57,218 bases of DNA, taken from positions 1-57,218 of the IMG/VR virus record IMGVR_UViG_3300033566_000030. The stretch is one strand, 5' to 3'. The position numbers were made by a program, and so were the translations under genes. This stretch comes from a virus. Its lineage: Duplodnaviria > Caudoviricetes. The notes under the pieces are model-generated. The model was not told where the DNA came from. It did not search any database and was given only the letters and a program-made list of their open reading frames with translations. Position 1 is the first letter of the stretch. Each line of letters starts with the position of its first letter. This document shows positions 23,103-33,489 of the stretch, piece by piece.

Positions 23103-25334
23103 ATGGCTAAAGGAGACTTTATAACAGTACCCACATGGGACAACGGTGTTTGGACAGAGCGTTCTTTCAATACGAGAGACGACTTCAAGCTCTTTGTGTT
23201 ACTCCTATTCAAGGAACCAGGCCAGTACGAATTCGACGAAACTTCATTTTTGTTTAATCAACAAGCTCGTTTGTTCAATGAACGTGATGTAAAAGATGAT
23301 GGTAATGGATGGTACTGTGATGCTCCATTCAAGAGTAAGGACTTCTTAAAGTATTGGGATGACGAGAAAGCAAAGTGTCGAAATGGTGTAATCTTCATGA
23401 AAGGAGATCAGACCTGGTATCTCCCGCGCGACTATTATATGTGGATTAACTTTATGAAGATCTACAATAAAGAAGTTAAGAAGTTTGAGTTTGCCTCAGT
23501 TCGAGATGTTCAGTATCACATGGCCCTGTATGAACTACTTGCCGAACTTCATTATATGCATGCTGCAGTATTGAAGAAACGTCAGATTGCATCATCGTAT
23601 TTCCACTGTGCAAAAATCATCAATCTTCTATGGTTTGAAGAAGGTGCTGTCATGAAGATGGGCGCATCTCTTAAAGATTATGTGAATATCAAAGGATCCT
23701 GGAAGTTCCTAAACGAATATCGTTCTTTCTTAAATCAACATACTGCATGGTACCGTCCATTCGATCCAAAAGGTGAAGGATTATGGCAACAGCAAATTGA
23801 AGAGAAAGATGGAAATGGTAGATCTTCTTTGGTCGGATTAAAGGGAACTCTTTCTATGACGACCTTTGAACGAGATCCTGCTGCAGGTGTAGGTGGACCC
23901 TGTACATTATTCTTTCATGAGGAAGCGGGTATTGCTCCGAAGATGGATACTACAATGGAATTCTTAATTCCTGCCTTACAGTCCGGTGATATAACTACCG
24001 GTTTATTTGTTGCTGCAGGATCAGTGGGTGATCTTGATCAGTGTGAGCCTCTGAAGCGATTAATCTATAAACCAAGACAAAATAATATCTATCCGGTTAC
24101 CAGTAACCTTCTGGATGATAAAGGTACAATTGGCGAAACAGGTCTCTTCTTACCCGAACAGTGGTCGATGCCCCCGTATATTGATAAGTTCGGAAACTCA
24201 GATATCATAGCTGCTAATGCAGCGCTTGATGCTCAACGTGAGATATGGAAGAGAGATTTGGAACCTGAACAGTTTCAGTTCCGTATATCGCAGCGCCCAA
24301 GAAACATCGCGGAAGCCTTTGCCTATAAGACAGTATCTGTCTTCCCACCTCATCTGGTAGCTGCTCAAGAGAAACGTATCGAGGACAAAGAATATCCTAT
24401 AGAATTCATAGATCTTGAAAGAGATGCTATGGGTAAAATCATAGCTAAGAAAAGCAATAGGATTCCCATCCGGGAGTTTCCTATTAGCAAGAATGCACCA
24501 GACAAACGCGGGGTTCTTGAAGTATTTGAACGACCCAATCCTGATGCAGAATTCGGTACTTGCTTGGCCTCTGTCGATCCAGTGAATGCTGGTAAAACTA
24601 CGACGAGTGTCTCATTGTGTTCGATCTATGTTTATAGAAAGCCGGTTGAAGTAATTAAGAAGTTTCCAGATGGGACGATTAAGGAAACGTATATTGAGGC
24701 AGGTCGAATTGTTGCTTGCTGGACAGGAAGATTCGATGATCCGGAAGATACCCACAGACAATTGGCGATGATTCTTGAGTGGTATAAAGCAAGATGTATT
24801 GTGGAGAATAACGTTACGGCATTTATCCAATACATGATGTCAGAGAAACTACAAAAGTATCTGGTACCTAAAAATGAGATCATCTTCTTAAAAGAAGCTT
24901 CAAGTAACAAGAGCGTTTACCAAGATTATGGTTGGCGAAATACTGGTCGACTTTTCCATGATCATCTCCTAGATTACCTCATAAAGTTTATGATGGAAGT
25001 TACAGATACCATAACCAAGGATGATGGTGAGATTGTAAAAAGAATATACGGTGTTGAAAGGATCCCTGATATAATGGTCATCAAAGAGATGAAAGACTAC
25101 CAGGAAGGAAAGAACGTGGATAGGCTTATTTCCCTGAGTGCATTAATTGCATTCGCTAAAGTGCAACAAACTCGGATGGGTAACAGTAAAAGAGTTGAAG
25201 AAGAGCAAACTGACTTGCAAAAGTCCTCTAAAATGCGTACCTTAGAACACAGTCCCTTCCGTCACATGGGTGGTAACGGAATGAGTTCTCCGGGAAAAGG
25301 AAAACCGAGAAGCCCATTTAAAAACTATAGATAA
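23103..25334 (+). CDS. terL: Terminase large subunit
   Basis: Walker A-like LKKRQIASS, Walker B FFHEEAG, nuclease SVDP, VENN, NVDR; directly upstream of the portal. Confidence 0.9.
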   Translation: MAKGDFITVPTWDNGVWTERSFNTRDDFKLFVLLLFKEPGQYEFDETSFLFNQQARLFNERDVKDDGNGWYCDAPFKSKDFLKYWDDEKAKCRNGVIFMKGDQTWYLPRDYYMWINFMKIYNKEVKKFEFASVRDVQYHMALYELLAELHYMHAAVLKKRQIASSYFHCAKIINLLWFEEGAVMKMGASLKDYVNIKGSWKFLNEYRSFLNQHTAWYRPFDPKGEGLWQQQIEEKDGNGRSSLVGLKGTLSMTTFERDPAAGVGGPCTLFFHEEAGIAPKMDTTMEFLIPALQSGDITTGLFVAAGSVGDLDQCEPLKRLIYKPRQNNIYPVTSNLLDDKGTIGETGLFLPEQWSMPPYIDKFGNSDIIAANAALDAQREIWKRDLEPEQFQFRISQRPRNIAEAFAYKTVSVFPPHLVAAQEKRIEDKEYPIEFIDLERDAMGKIIAKKSNRIPIREFPISKNAPDKRGVLEVFERPNPDAEFGTCLASVDPVNAGKTTTSVSLCSIYVYRKPVEVIKKFPDGTIKETYIEAGRIVACWTGRFDDPEDTHRQLAMILEWYKARCIVENNVTAFIQYMMSEKLQKYLVPKNEIIFLKEASSNKSVYQDYGWRNTGRLFHDHLLDYLIKFMMEVTDTITKDDGEIVKRIYGVERIPDIMVIKEMKDYQEGKNVDRLISLSALIAFAKVQQTRMGNSKRVEEEQTDLQKSSKMRTLEHSPFRHMGGNGMSSPGKGKPRSPFKNYR

Positions 25335-25335
25335 G

Positions 25336-28110
25336 ATGCAAGTACTAAATGCAATGGATCTGAAAGCCGGTAAAAAGGCTGAAAGAAATAAGATGGGTGG
25401 AATCACTCAACCTATCCAGTTCATACCTCGTGAGGAGAAAGATGAGCAATGGGCCGCTTGGAACATGGATTGGTTGGAGTGGAATGGTATGAAACAACTT
25501 GCTCGAAATGCTCGTCGTTTACTTAAAAACTACAAGCTTGCCAAAGGTGTTATCGACAAAACAGATTATATCGTCGAGGAAAGTAACGAGATGGCTGATT
25601 TAGTGGAAACACTGATATCAGAAGACTCTAGTGCGTTAGAACTTAAGTTCTATCCTATTATCCCAAATATCATAAATGTACTTACCACAGAGTTTGCTAA
25701 ACGTAATACAACAATAAGCTTTCGTTCTGTAGATGAATTTGCTTATAACGAGATGCTTGAGCAGAAAAGAGAAGCTATCCAAAAAGTTCTCTTCAAAAAC
25801 GCTGAACAAAAGATCTTTGCAAAGATGATCGAAATGGGTGCAGACCCTAATGATCCTGAAGTGCAAGCACAACTGCAGCAACAAACTGATCCGGAAGCTT
25901 TGAAAACTCTTCCTGAGATTGAGCAATTCTTCAGTAAGAGTTACCGTAGTTTAGCTGAACAATGGGCAATGCATCAAACTGAAGTGGATCGTGATCGTTT
26001 TGGTCTGGATGAGCTTGAGGAAAGAGGATTCAGAGACAGTCTTATTACAGACAGAGCCTTCTTCCATTTTGCTATGGGTGAAGATGATTACAATGTTGAA
26101 CTTTGGAACCCGGTAACAACATTCTACCATAAGTCTCCGGATGTACGTTATATTTCTCAAGGAAACTGGGTTGGTAAAACTGAGATGTACACCATTGCGG
26201 ATGTTATCGACAAATATGGTTACCTGATGACTACTGAACAAATGGAGTCTCTGGAAGCCATCTACCCAGTAAAAGCTGCAGGATACGCTATCGATGGTCA
26301 ACAAAACGATGGTTCTTTCTATGACGCAACCAGATCTCATGCATGGAATACAAATGCACCAGGTGTAACTATGCGACAATTCACTTCTGTTTATGATGGT
26401 TATCATGCCGGCGGTGATATCATAGATCGTATCATGAGTGAATCAGAAGACTATGGAGAACTTGATTCTACATTCTTTCTACGCGTAACAACTGCGTACT
26501 GGAAGTCTCAACGTAAAGTCGGCCTTTTAACCGATATGAAAGAAGACGGTACGGTTGATACTGATATTGTTGATGAAACCTTTGTTGTAACCAACAAACC
26601 TTTATATAATACCACTCTGTTCAAAAATAAGGATAGAAGAAATCTTTTATTCGGTCAGCATGTTGAATGGGTTTATATCAACCACGTGTATGGTGGAATA
26701 AAAATAGGAAACAATCGTCCAACCATGTACGGTATGGAGAACCCGGATGGATTTGATCCGATCTACATAGGAATCGATCAAAATAAAATCGGACCATTAA
26801 AGTTCCAGTTTAAAGGAGACAATACAATCTATGGTTGTAAACTTCCTGTAGAAGGTTGTGTATTCTCAGATCGTAATACTAAATCTACCGGTTTTGTTGA
26901 TCTTACAAAAGCATTCCAGATAGGATACAATATTGTCAATAATCAGATTGCGGATATCCTGGTCGATGAGTTAGGTACCGTAATTCTGTTTGACCAGAAC
27001 ATGTTCCCTAAACATTCTCTTAACGAAGACTGGGGTAAGGATCCATACGCCAATGCCTTTGTAGCCATGAAGAACTTTCAGATGCTACCGATCGATACTT
27101 CGATTGCTAATACTGAGACTCCTCTTAATTTTAACCAGTTTCATACCCTGAACATGGAACAGACAGCTCGACTAATGTCTCGTGTTCAATTGGCCAACCA
27201 TTTCAAACAACAGTTGTATGAAGCAATGGGATTTACTCCACAACGTCTTGGTCAACAAATCGGACAGACGGATACAGCTAAAGGTGTAGAACAATCTGTA
27301 GCAGGATCTTTTGCACAAACTGAAGGGTACTTTATTCAGTACGCCGATAACCTTTTACCTCGAGTACATCAGATGAGAACTGATGTTGCGCAGTATTACC
27401 AGTCAACAAAACCTTCTGTACGATTGCAATATGCTGTTTCAGCAGATGAAAGAGTTAATTTTGAAATCAATGGTACAGAGCTTCTCTTAGCCGATATCAA
27501 CATTAAAGCGACAACTAAGGCTAACCACCGTGCAGTCATTGAAGAGATCAAAGCTATGGCTAAAGGAAATAATACTTCCGGAGCTACCATCTATGATCTT
27601 GGTAATGTTATTAAGGCCAAATCCATGGCTGAGGTTACTCATATCCTTAAAGCCGCAGAGACTAAGAATCAGAAGCAAATTGCTGATGAGCGTGCCCATG
27701 AAGAGAAAATGGCTCAGATCGAATCTGACCAACGTACTCAGGAAGCTCAAATGAAGTTGGATAGAGAGACTCTGGAAAAAGAAAAAGATCGCAGATTGGA
27801 GCTTCTTGTAGCTCAAATTAAAGCTGCAGGCTATGGTGCTATGCAAGATATTGATCAGAACCAGCAAAGTGATTTCCAAGATGTTCTTGGGCAGATCCAG
27901 CAAACTGATCAGTTCAACCAGGTTATGAACTTCGATAGACAGAAAGAAGGCAACAAGGTAAACGCTAACAGAGAGAAGATGAATCTTGAATATGCTAAGC
28001 TGCAGACAGCTCGTGAATTGAAGGAAAAAGACCTACAAGTCGCAAGAGAGAACCAGACAAAAGCAGAACTTGATGCAAAGAGAAAAGCGCGTAAGAAGGA
28101 TACCAAATAG
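25336..28110 (+). CDS. Portal protein
   Basis: 924 aa after TerL; YPIIPNIIN, GFTPQRLG, coiled-coil C-terminus; crAss-like order. Confidence 0.85.
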   Translation: MQVLNAMDLKAGKKAERNKMGGITQPIQFIPREEKDEQWAAWNMDWLEWNGMKQLARNARRLLKNYKLAKGVIDKTDYIVEESNEMADLVETLISEDSSALELKFYPIIPNIINVLTTEFAKRNTTISFRSVDEFAYNEMLEQKREAIQKVLFKNAEQKIFAKMIEMGADPNDPEVQAQLQQQTDPEALKTLPEIEQFFSKSYRSLAEQWAMHQTEVDRDRFGLDELEERGFRDSLITDRAFFHFAMGEDDYNVELWNPVTTFYHKSPDVRYISQGNWVGKTEMYTIADVIDKYGYLMTTEQMESLEAIYPVKAAGYAIDGQQNDGSFYDATRSHAWNTNAPGVTMRQFTSVYDGYHAGGDIIDRIMSESEDYGELDSTFFLRVTTAYWKSQRKVGLLTDMKEDGTVDTDIVDETFVVTNKPLYNTTLFKNKDRRNLLFGQHVEWVYINHVYGGIKIGNNRPTMYGMENPDGFDPIYIGIDQNKIGPLKFQFKGDNTIYGCKLPVEGCVFSDRNTKSTGFVDLTKAFQIGYNIVNNQIADILVDELGTVILFDQNMFPKHSLNEDWGKDPYANAFVAMKNFQMLPIDTSIANTETPLNFNQFHTLNMEQTARLMSRVQLANHFKQQLYEAMGFTPQRLGQQIGQTDTAKGVEQSVAGSFAQTEGYFIQYADNLLPRVHQMRTDVAQYYQSTKPSVRLQYAVSADERVNFEINGTELLLADINIKATTKANHRAVIEEIKAMAKGNNTSGATIYDLGNVIKAKSMAEVTHILKAAETKNQKQIADERAHEEKMAQIESDQRTQEAQMKLDRETLEKEKDRRLELLVAQIKAAGYGAMQDIDQNQQSDFQDVLGQIQQTDQFNQVMNFDRQKEGNKVNANREKMNLEYAKLQTARELKEKDLQVARENQTKAELDAKRKARKKDTK

Positions 28111-28220
28111 TGTGTAGCTATGAATTGCACGTTATTTTTTTGTAACCCGATATAAGTGTAAATGTGTAAAGTTTAAATCACTATTTTTGACTATATTATA
28201 ATAGCCTAATAAACCAACAA

Positions 28221-29603
28221 ATGGCAAAGCAAACCAACCAACCAAGCGGTGGCGGTCAGACCGACACTTCTAAGATTACTGTAGAAAGCTTAGATGCTAT
28301 TCTGGATTTTCCTTCAGCAGTTGAAACAGGAAAAGCCGCTCCAACAGGAGGAAACTTCTTCGGAGGAAAAGCAAATAAGGACTTATCGTTCCTTGACAAT
28401 AACAACCCTAATCCCGATCATGAAGAGGAGGAAGAAGAGGAAGAAGAAGAAACCCCAGAAGAAAAAGCCGCAAGACTTGAAGCTGAAAGGTTAGCCGAGG
28501 AGGAGGAAGAAGAGGAAGAGGAGGAAGAAGATCCTGATCCGGCTGCTCAAGCTAAAAAGAAAAAGACACCTGAAGAGATTCAGGCTGCTTTGGATAAAAT
28601 GAACGGTGGCGGCGGGGATGACGATGATGATCCGGATCCTGCTCTAGCTGGTAAAGTTAACAAAGGTGGTATGATTACTGTTCTGAAGAAAATGATTCAG
28701 AGTAAGAAAATTACGCCGTTTGTTGATAAAGAAGGTAAAGAAGAAGATCTTTCAAAATATACCATGGATGATATCCAGGAGTTACTTGAAGCAAACTTCT
28801 CTCAGCAAAAGGAAAGTCTGGAAGCAGAGATTCCTGCAAACTTTATTAAGAACCAACCTGAAGAAGTTCAGATTGCTTTGAAGTATGTAGCTGATGGTGG
28901 TAATGATCTTAAAGGTCTTTTCAGAGCTCTTTCTCATGTTGAAGAAGTTCGCGAATTAGATCCGGAAGACGAAAGCGATCAAGAGAAAATTGCTCTCAAC
29001 TACTTAACAGCAACTGGTTTTACACCAGAAGATGCACAGGAAGAAGTTGATGGGTGGAAAGATCGTAAAGAACTAAAAGCAAAAGCTCTTAAGTTCAAAC
29101 CGAAGTTGGATCTTATGACCAAAGATGTGGTTGCACGTAAGATGCATGACCAAGATCAGGCAAGAAAGAAACAACAAGATCAGATCAAAAACTACACAGA
29201 TAACGTTTTCAAAGTTATCCAGGGTGGTGAAATCGGTGGTGTTAAACTTGACAGAAAGAAACAAGAAGATCTTTATGCCGGTTTAGTTCAACCAACATAT
29301 AAGTCTCAGATTACGGGTAAGGCAACGAACCAACTTGGACATCTTCTTGAGAAGTTCCAGTGGATAGAGCCTAATCACGGGTTGATCGCCGAAGCACTAT
29401 GGTTACTGTCAGATCCTGACGGATACCGTGCTAAGATAGGCGAGCGTGGTAAGAAGAAAGCAAGTGAAGATACTTTCCGTAAATTGAAGCAAGAAGAAAG
29501 AACTAAAACAGGCTCTGCTTCAGCTCAAGAGACAGATGACGATGCGGGAAGAAAAACAAGTAAAGGGTTAAACAGACCTGCAAGAAATTTTTTCGGTAAA
29601 TAA
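28221..29603 (+). CDS. Acidic scaffold-like protein
   Basis: Poly-Glu/Asp tracts; lies between portal and capsid genes. Confidence 0.65.
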   Translation: MAKQTNQPSGGGQTDTSKITVESLDAILDFPSAVETGKAAPTGGNFFGGKANKDLSFLDNNNPNPDHEEEEEEEEEETPEEKAARLEAERLAEEEEEEEEEEEDPDPAAQAKKKKTPEEIQAALDKMNGGGGDDDDDPDPALAGKVNKGGMITVLKKMIQSKKITPFVDKEGKEEDLSKYTMDDIQELLEANFSQQKESLEAEIPANFIKNQPEEVQIALKYVADGGNDLKGLFRALSHVEEVRELDPEDESDQEKIALNYLTATGFTPEDAQEEVDGWKDRKELKAKALKFKPKLDLMTKDVVARKMHDQDQARKKQQDQIKNYTDNVFKVIQGGEIGGVKLDRKKQEDLYAGLVQPTYKSQITGKATNQLGHLLEKFQWIEPNHGLIAEALWLLSDPDGYRAKIGERGKKKASEDTFRKLKQEERTKTGSASAQETDDDAGRKTSKGLNRPARNFFGK

Positions 29604-29629
29604 TAATAACTAAACAATAACAACAAACA

Positions 29630-31258
29630 ATGAGCACTCCAGTACTTAACAACGGTATGTACCTGCGTGACACGAACTACAAGGCTAGTTCTCACGTTGA
29701 TTCGTATCACTTAGTGAACATGTTAAAGAATCCAGAGCCAATGGACTTCGGTCCGGTTGAGATGTGGGCTAATATGCAAAAGGTAGAAATGCCTTTGTAT
29801 CAGCTTTCGTCTTTTGGAGGAAAGAATGTGATCGAAGTGACCGGACCAAAAGGTGAATGGAAATGGCAAACGCCAGTGGCGCAGAACCTTCCTTTCATCG
29901 TTGAAGATATCGAATCTTCAAACACTCTAAAAGGACAAGACGGTATGTCTTTCAAAATCAAAGTAAGCCGTCGTGCTTTTGGTCATGGTGACGTGATCAC
30001 TTACGATAAGCTGAATGGTTGTGAGATGCACATTACAGATGAAGACATCCTTCCAGTAAGCGATGGTTACGTCTATACCGTTGCGTTAGTGAATAACGAT
30101 AACTACAAGTTCTTGGATAACAAGTTCTTGATGAATGGTACACCGTTATTCCGTAAAACATCTGCTCGTGGTGAGTACGGTGAAAGATTCTCTGATATCA
30201 GCATCGAGTCTGGTTTCCGTGAGTTCTATAACTTCGTAGGTGGAGCTGAGGCTCACGTTCATTATTCAGTTAGCTCACGCGCTGACATGATGATCAAAGG
30301 AGGTATGAACGTTGACGGAACAATCCCGGTTACTGAAATCTGGAGAAGCTTCGATCAGAAAAACATGGATCCTTCAATCACCTCTTTGGACTCAATGTTC
30401 AAGAAAATGGGTGGTTCATACATGAAAAAAGCATTAGCAAACGGAACTCTTTCTAAGACGTTCTTGACTGCAATGGAAGCTGCACATTTAACTAAGATCT
30501 CTCAGGATATCGAAGGTTACTTAATGTGGGGGCATGGTGGACGTCTGAAACAAGATGGACCGGATGATATCCGTATGTCTGTTGGTTTATGGAAACAGTT
30601 GGACAACTCGTTCAAACGTATCTACAATAAATCAGGTTTCAGTCTTGATTTGTTCCGTTCAGAACTTCACAACTTCTACGCAGGTAAAGTTGAGTTCCAG
30701 GGACCAGATCCAAAACGCCAATTGATCGTACAAACCGGTATCGGTGGTATGCGTTTGGTGAGTGAGGCAATCGCTGCTAAAGCTGCAGGTTCTGGATTAA
30801 TCATCCAAGCTGCTTCAAATGCAGGTATCGGTGCAATCACTGGAACTAACGCGATGGATTTGAACTTCGGTTTTGCTTACACAAGCTTTACGATTCCTTT
30901 CCTTGCAAACGTGAAATTCGTTATCAACCCAGCGTTCGATAACGTTCACACAAGTAACATCGAGAACCCGATGATCGACGGTAATCCATTGTCATCTTAC
31001 AGCTTCGTGATCTTCGACATCACTGACAGCGGTAACGATAACATCTTCTTATTGAAGAAAAAATGGGATAACGAACTTCGTTGGTGGTATCAAAACGGTA
31101 CTATGGACTACATGGGAAGAAACGGTTTCGCGTCTTCTGGTCAGTTCAACGGTTACCGTGTGTATATGACTCAAACAATGCCAGCTATCTGGGTGAAAGA
31201 TCCTACGAAGGTGTTGAAGATCGTGATGAGAAATCCGATCACAGGAGGAAGCTTCTAA
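29630..31258 (+). CDS. Major capsid protein
   Basis: 542 aa; highly expressed codon style, strong terminator after, crAss-like order, IWVKDPT C-terminal motif. Confidence 0.8.
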   Translation: MSTPVLNNGMYLRDTNYKASSHVDSYHLVNMLKNPEPMDFGPVEMWANMQKVEMPLYQLSSFGGKNVIEVTGPKGEWKWQTPVAQNLPFIVEDIESSNTLKGQDGMSFKIKVSRRAFGHGDVITYDKLNGCEMHITDEDILPVSDGYVYTVALVNNDNYKFLDNKFLMNGTPLFRKTSARGEYGERFSDISIESGFREFYNFVGGAEAHVHYSVSSRADMMIKGGMNVDGTIPVTEIWRSFDQKNMDPSITSLDSMFKKMGGSYMKKALANGTLSKTFLTAMEAAHLTKISQDIEGYLMWGHGGRLKQDGPDDIRMSVGLWKQLDNSFKRIYNKSGFSLDLFRSELHNFYAGKVEFQGPDPKRQLIVQTGIGGMRLVSEAIAAKAAGSGLIIQAASNAGIGAITGTNAMDLNFGFAYTSFTIPFLANVKFVINPAFDNVHTSNIENPMIDGNPLSSYSFVIFDITDSGNDNIFLLKKKWDNELRWWYQNGTMDYMGRNGFASSGQFNGYRVYMTQTMPAIWVKDPTKVLKIVMRNPITGGSF

Positions 31259-31267
31259 ACTTAATAA

Positions 31268-31301
31268 GGGAGATGCGGATGAAAGTTCGCATCTTCTTTT
31301 T
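31268..31301 (+). terminator. Intrinsic terminator after the capsid gene
   Basis: GAGATGCGGAT-GAAA-GTTCGCATCTT + U-run. Confidence 0.8.
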
Positions 31302-31350
31302 ATTAGGACACTCGTGTAAGCAAATATTCTTATATTTGTACTACACTTTC

Positions 31351-31402
31351 ACCAGGGTAAAGCTTGTAAATAGAGCTTATGGGAGCGAGACCTAACCTTG
31401 GT
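31351..31402 (+). ncRNA. Three-way-junction mini tRNA-like leader structure
   Basis: ACCAGGGT/ACCTTGGT closing stem, AAGCTT/GAGCTT hairpin, TGGG-AGCGAGA-CCTA hairpin; follows TATATTTG at 31331-31338. Confidence 0.4.
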
Positions 31403-31437
31403 TCAAATGTCAGCAACCAAACCAAAAACCAAGCAAC

Positions 31438-32526
31438 ATGGCAAAAACAGCAACGAAACCGCAGAAACCTGTGGTAGACGAAAATGAAGCACTCTTTAAT
31501 AATCTGAGTGCAAAAGTATCGATAGTGGAAGTTCCCTCAGCTTCTAAATTCGGGAAGATATCTATCAAACCGTTCTTTGAAGAGGAAAAAGAAAATATGG
31601 GATTACAGGAACACGGACTCGTGTTGTTTGATGGTGTAGCTCACGAAGAGCCTTTGGCTTGTCTGGAGCTTAATGGTACCAGACGATACGTAACCGGTTT
31701 AAATCCGTATGCTCCTGAAATCAAAAACATTAAAGACCCGGTGTTGAAAGCAGCTAAAATTAAAGCAATTAATGCTTTAGTAGCTCAGTTGGAAGCTGAA
31801 CTTGCTCAAAACATTTTGGATCCTGAAGATCCTGATTTCTGGAAACATGTAAAACTTTTACGTCCGGATAACGATTCTTTCTGGAGTCAGATTAGCATAC
31901 GTTGTACAAACGAAACAATGTACCTGGATGTAGAAAGATCTGCATTTGACCTGATCAAAATGCTTGCTATCGAAGCAGGTGGATTCAGTACAATCGGAAG
32001 AAGTTGGGAATGGTGTAAAGCTCAAGCGGTGGCTCCTAAATTCTACTTGGATAAAGAGATCAATACTGTTGCGGTTAAGACCGAAGTGAAAAAACTTACA
32101 AACAGAGCGATTTCCTTACTCGACGACCTATTCGCCAAAAACACAAGCAAACTTATGTATGTTTGTAAAGTGGTGGATGCACAGAGTACTCAATACAAAA
32201 AGTCTACTCCGGTGGATATCATGTATGATAACATGGATAACTTTATCAAAGGTCAATCTTTTGAGAAGAACATGAAACGTGCTGCTGAGGTTTTCACAGC
32301 TGCTGCAGAGTCAGACATTGAAACATTACAGATGAGATCTTTGATCAAGGATGGTAATACTTTAAAACAGATAGCTCCTAAGTCAGATGGTTTCATTTAT
32401 CACATGGCGACAAATATCAAGATGGGTAGAACGGTAAGCGACTGTGTCGAATTCCTGAAGAACCCAGCTAATGATGATACATTAGGGTCATTGCTTAGAG
32501 CGATTGAGCCTGAGTGGAATAAGTAA
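31438..32526 (+). CDS. Conserved crAss-like protein after the capsid gene
   Basis: 362 aa ORF; gene order. Confidence 0.75.
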   Translation: MAKTATKPQKPVVDENEALFNNLSAKVSIVEVPSASKFGKISIKPFFEEEKENMGLQEHGLVLFDGVAHEEPLACLELNGTRRYVTGLNPYAPEIKNIKDPVLKAAKIKAINALVAQLEAELAQNILDPEDPDFWKHVKLLRPDNDSFWSQISIRCTNETMYLDVERSAFDLIKMLAIEAGGFSTIGRSWEWCKAQAVAPKFYLDKEINTVAVKTEVKKLTNRAISLLDDLFAKNTSKLMYVCKVVDAQSTQYKKSTPVDIMYDNMDNFIKGQSFEKNMKRAAEVFTAAAESDIETLQMRSLIKDGNTLKQIAPKSDGFIYHMATNIKMGRTVSDCVEFLKNPANDDTLGSLLRAIEPEWNK

Positions 32527-32543
32527 GATTAATACAATATACC

Positions 32544-32702
32544 ATGGCAAAGAAACATCCAGGGTTTAAAGCTGTTCAAAATAACATTGCAAAAAAGCAA
32601 GGTATTTCTAAGGAAGCCGCAGGAGCAATTCTTGCGGCTTCTACAAGAAACGCTTCAGCAAAAGCGAAAGCTAAGAACCCACGTTTAAAAAGAGTGAAGT
32701 AA
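32544..32702 (+). CDS. Small basic protein (52 aa)
   Basis: MAKKHPGFKAVQNNIAKKQGISKEAAGAILAASTRNASAKAKAKNPRLKRVK*. Confidence 0.75.
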   Translation: MAKKHPGFKAVQNNIAKKQGISKEAAGAILAASTRNASAKAKAKNPRLKRVK

Positions 32703-32703
32703 G

Positions 32704-33411
32704 ATGAATAACCAGACTATATTCCTAAAGTTAAAGCAAAGGCTGAATAAGCTCGATAGTCAAGACTACGATAATCTCGAGTGTTGGCAGATCGTTGAAG
32801 CTTTCAACAAAGGTGTAGTTGAATGGTGTCGTCGTAATCTTCATGGGACAAATCTTACCAAAGAAGGTGATGAGGGATCAAAAAGAAGGATTGATGATCT
32901 TCAACCGTTGTTGATTAACATACCGGTTACTTTCACAGATAAAGGAGATTATTTTGAATCATCTCCTTTACCTCCTGATTACTTTGAGTGGAAACGTGTA
33001 GAAATCAGAGCAACGAATGAGTGTTGTCCTAAACCAGTAAGAATGAAAGTTACATTAGCTGAAGAAGCAAATGTTGAAAACATTTTATCTGATGAGAACA
33101 AACAACCGAGTTTTGAATATAGAGAAACTTTCTGTACAATATCAAACAATAGAGTTAGAATCTATACTAATGGTGATTTCAAAATCGAAACTACGAACAA
33201 GCTGTATTATTACAAGCAACCACGTAGAATCCAGATCCTTAATTGTGTAGATCCATACACTCTCGCAGTAAGTACAGCCGAAGTACTGTGTGAGTTTAAA
33301 GATGATTTGGTAGAGCTTTTTGTTGATGAAGCTGCTAAAATCATTGCCGGGGATACAGAATCTCCAAACCAGGCTGGAAGGAATCAACAGAACGTGGAGC
33401 AGAATAATTAA
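32704..33411 (+). CDS. Tail ring / head-tail adaptor protein
   Basis: LNKLDSQ, EGSKRRIDDLQPL, YYKQP motifs; crAss-like order. Confidence 0.6.
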   Translation: MNNQTIFLKLKQRLNKLDSQDYDNLECWQIVEAFNKGVVEWCRRNLHGTNLTKEGDEGSKRRIDDLQPLLINIPVTFTDKGDYFESSPLPPDYFEWKRVEIRATNECCPKPVRMKVTLAEEANVENILSDENKQPSFEYRETFCTISNNRVRIYTNGDFKIETTNKLYYYKQPRRIQILNCVDPYTLAVSTAEVLCEFKDDLVELFVDEAAKIIAGDTESPNQAGRNQQNVEQNN

Positions 33412-33489
33412 AGATTCTTGCAAAAAGTTTTGTAGATTGTTGCAAAATGTGTATATTAGAATATATTTATAAATCAAAACAACACAAAC

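Noticed and set aside
23570-23600. Terminase Walker A lacking the usual Gly (KKRQIASS) as inactivation
   Set aside because: Walker B and nuclease motifs are intact and terminase Walker A motifs are often deviant.
28420-28640. GAA/GAG and GAT runs as a repeat array or CRISPR
   Set aside because: They encode poly-Glu/Asp in a scaffold-like protein; no repeat-spacer structure was seen anywhere in the window.
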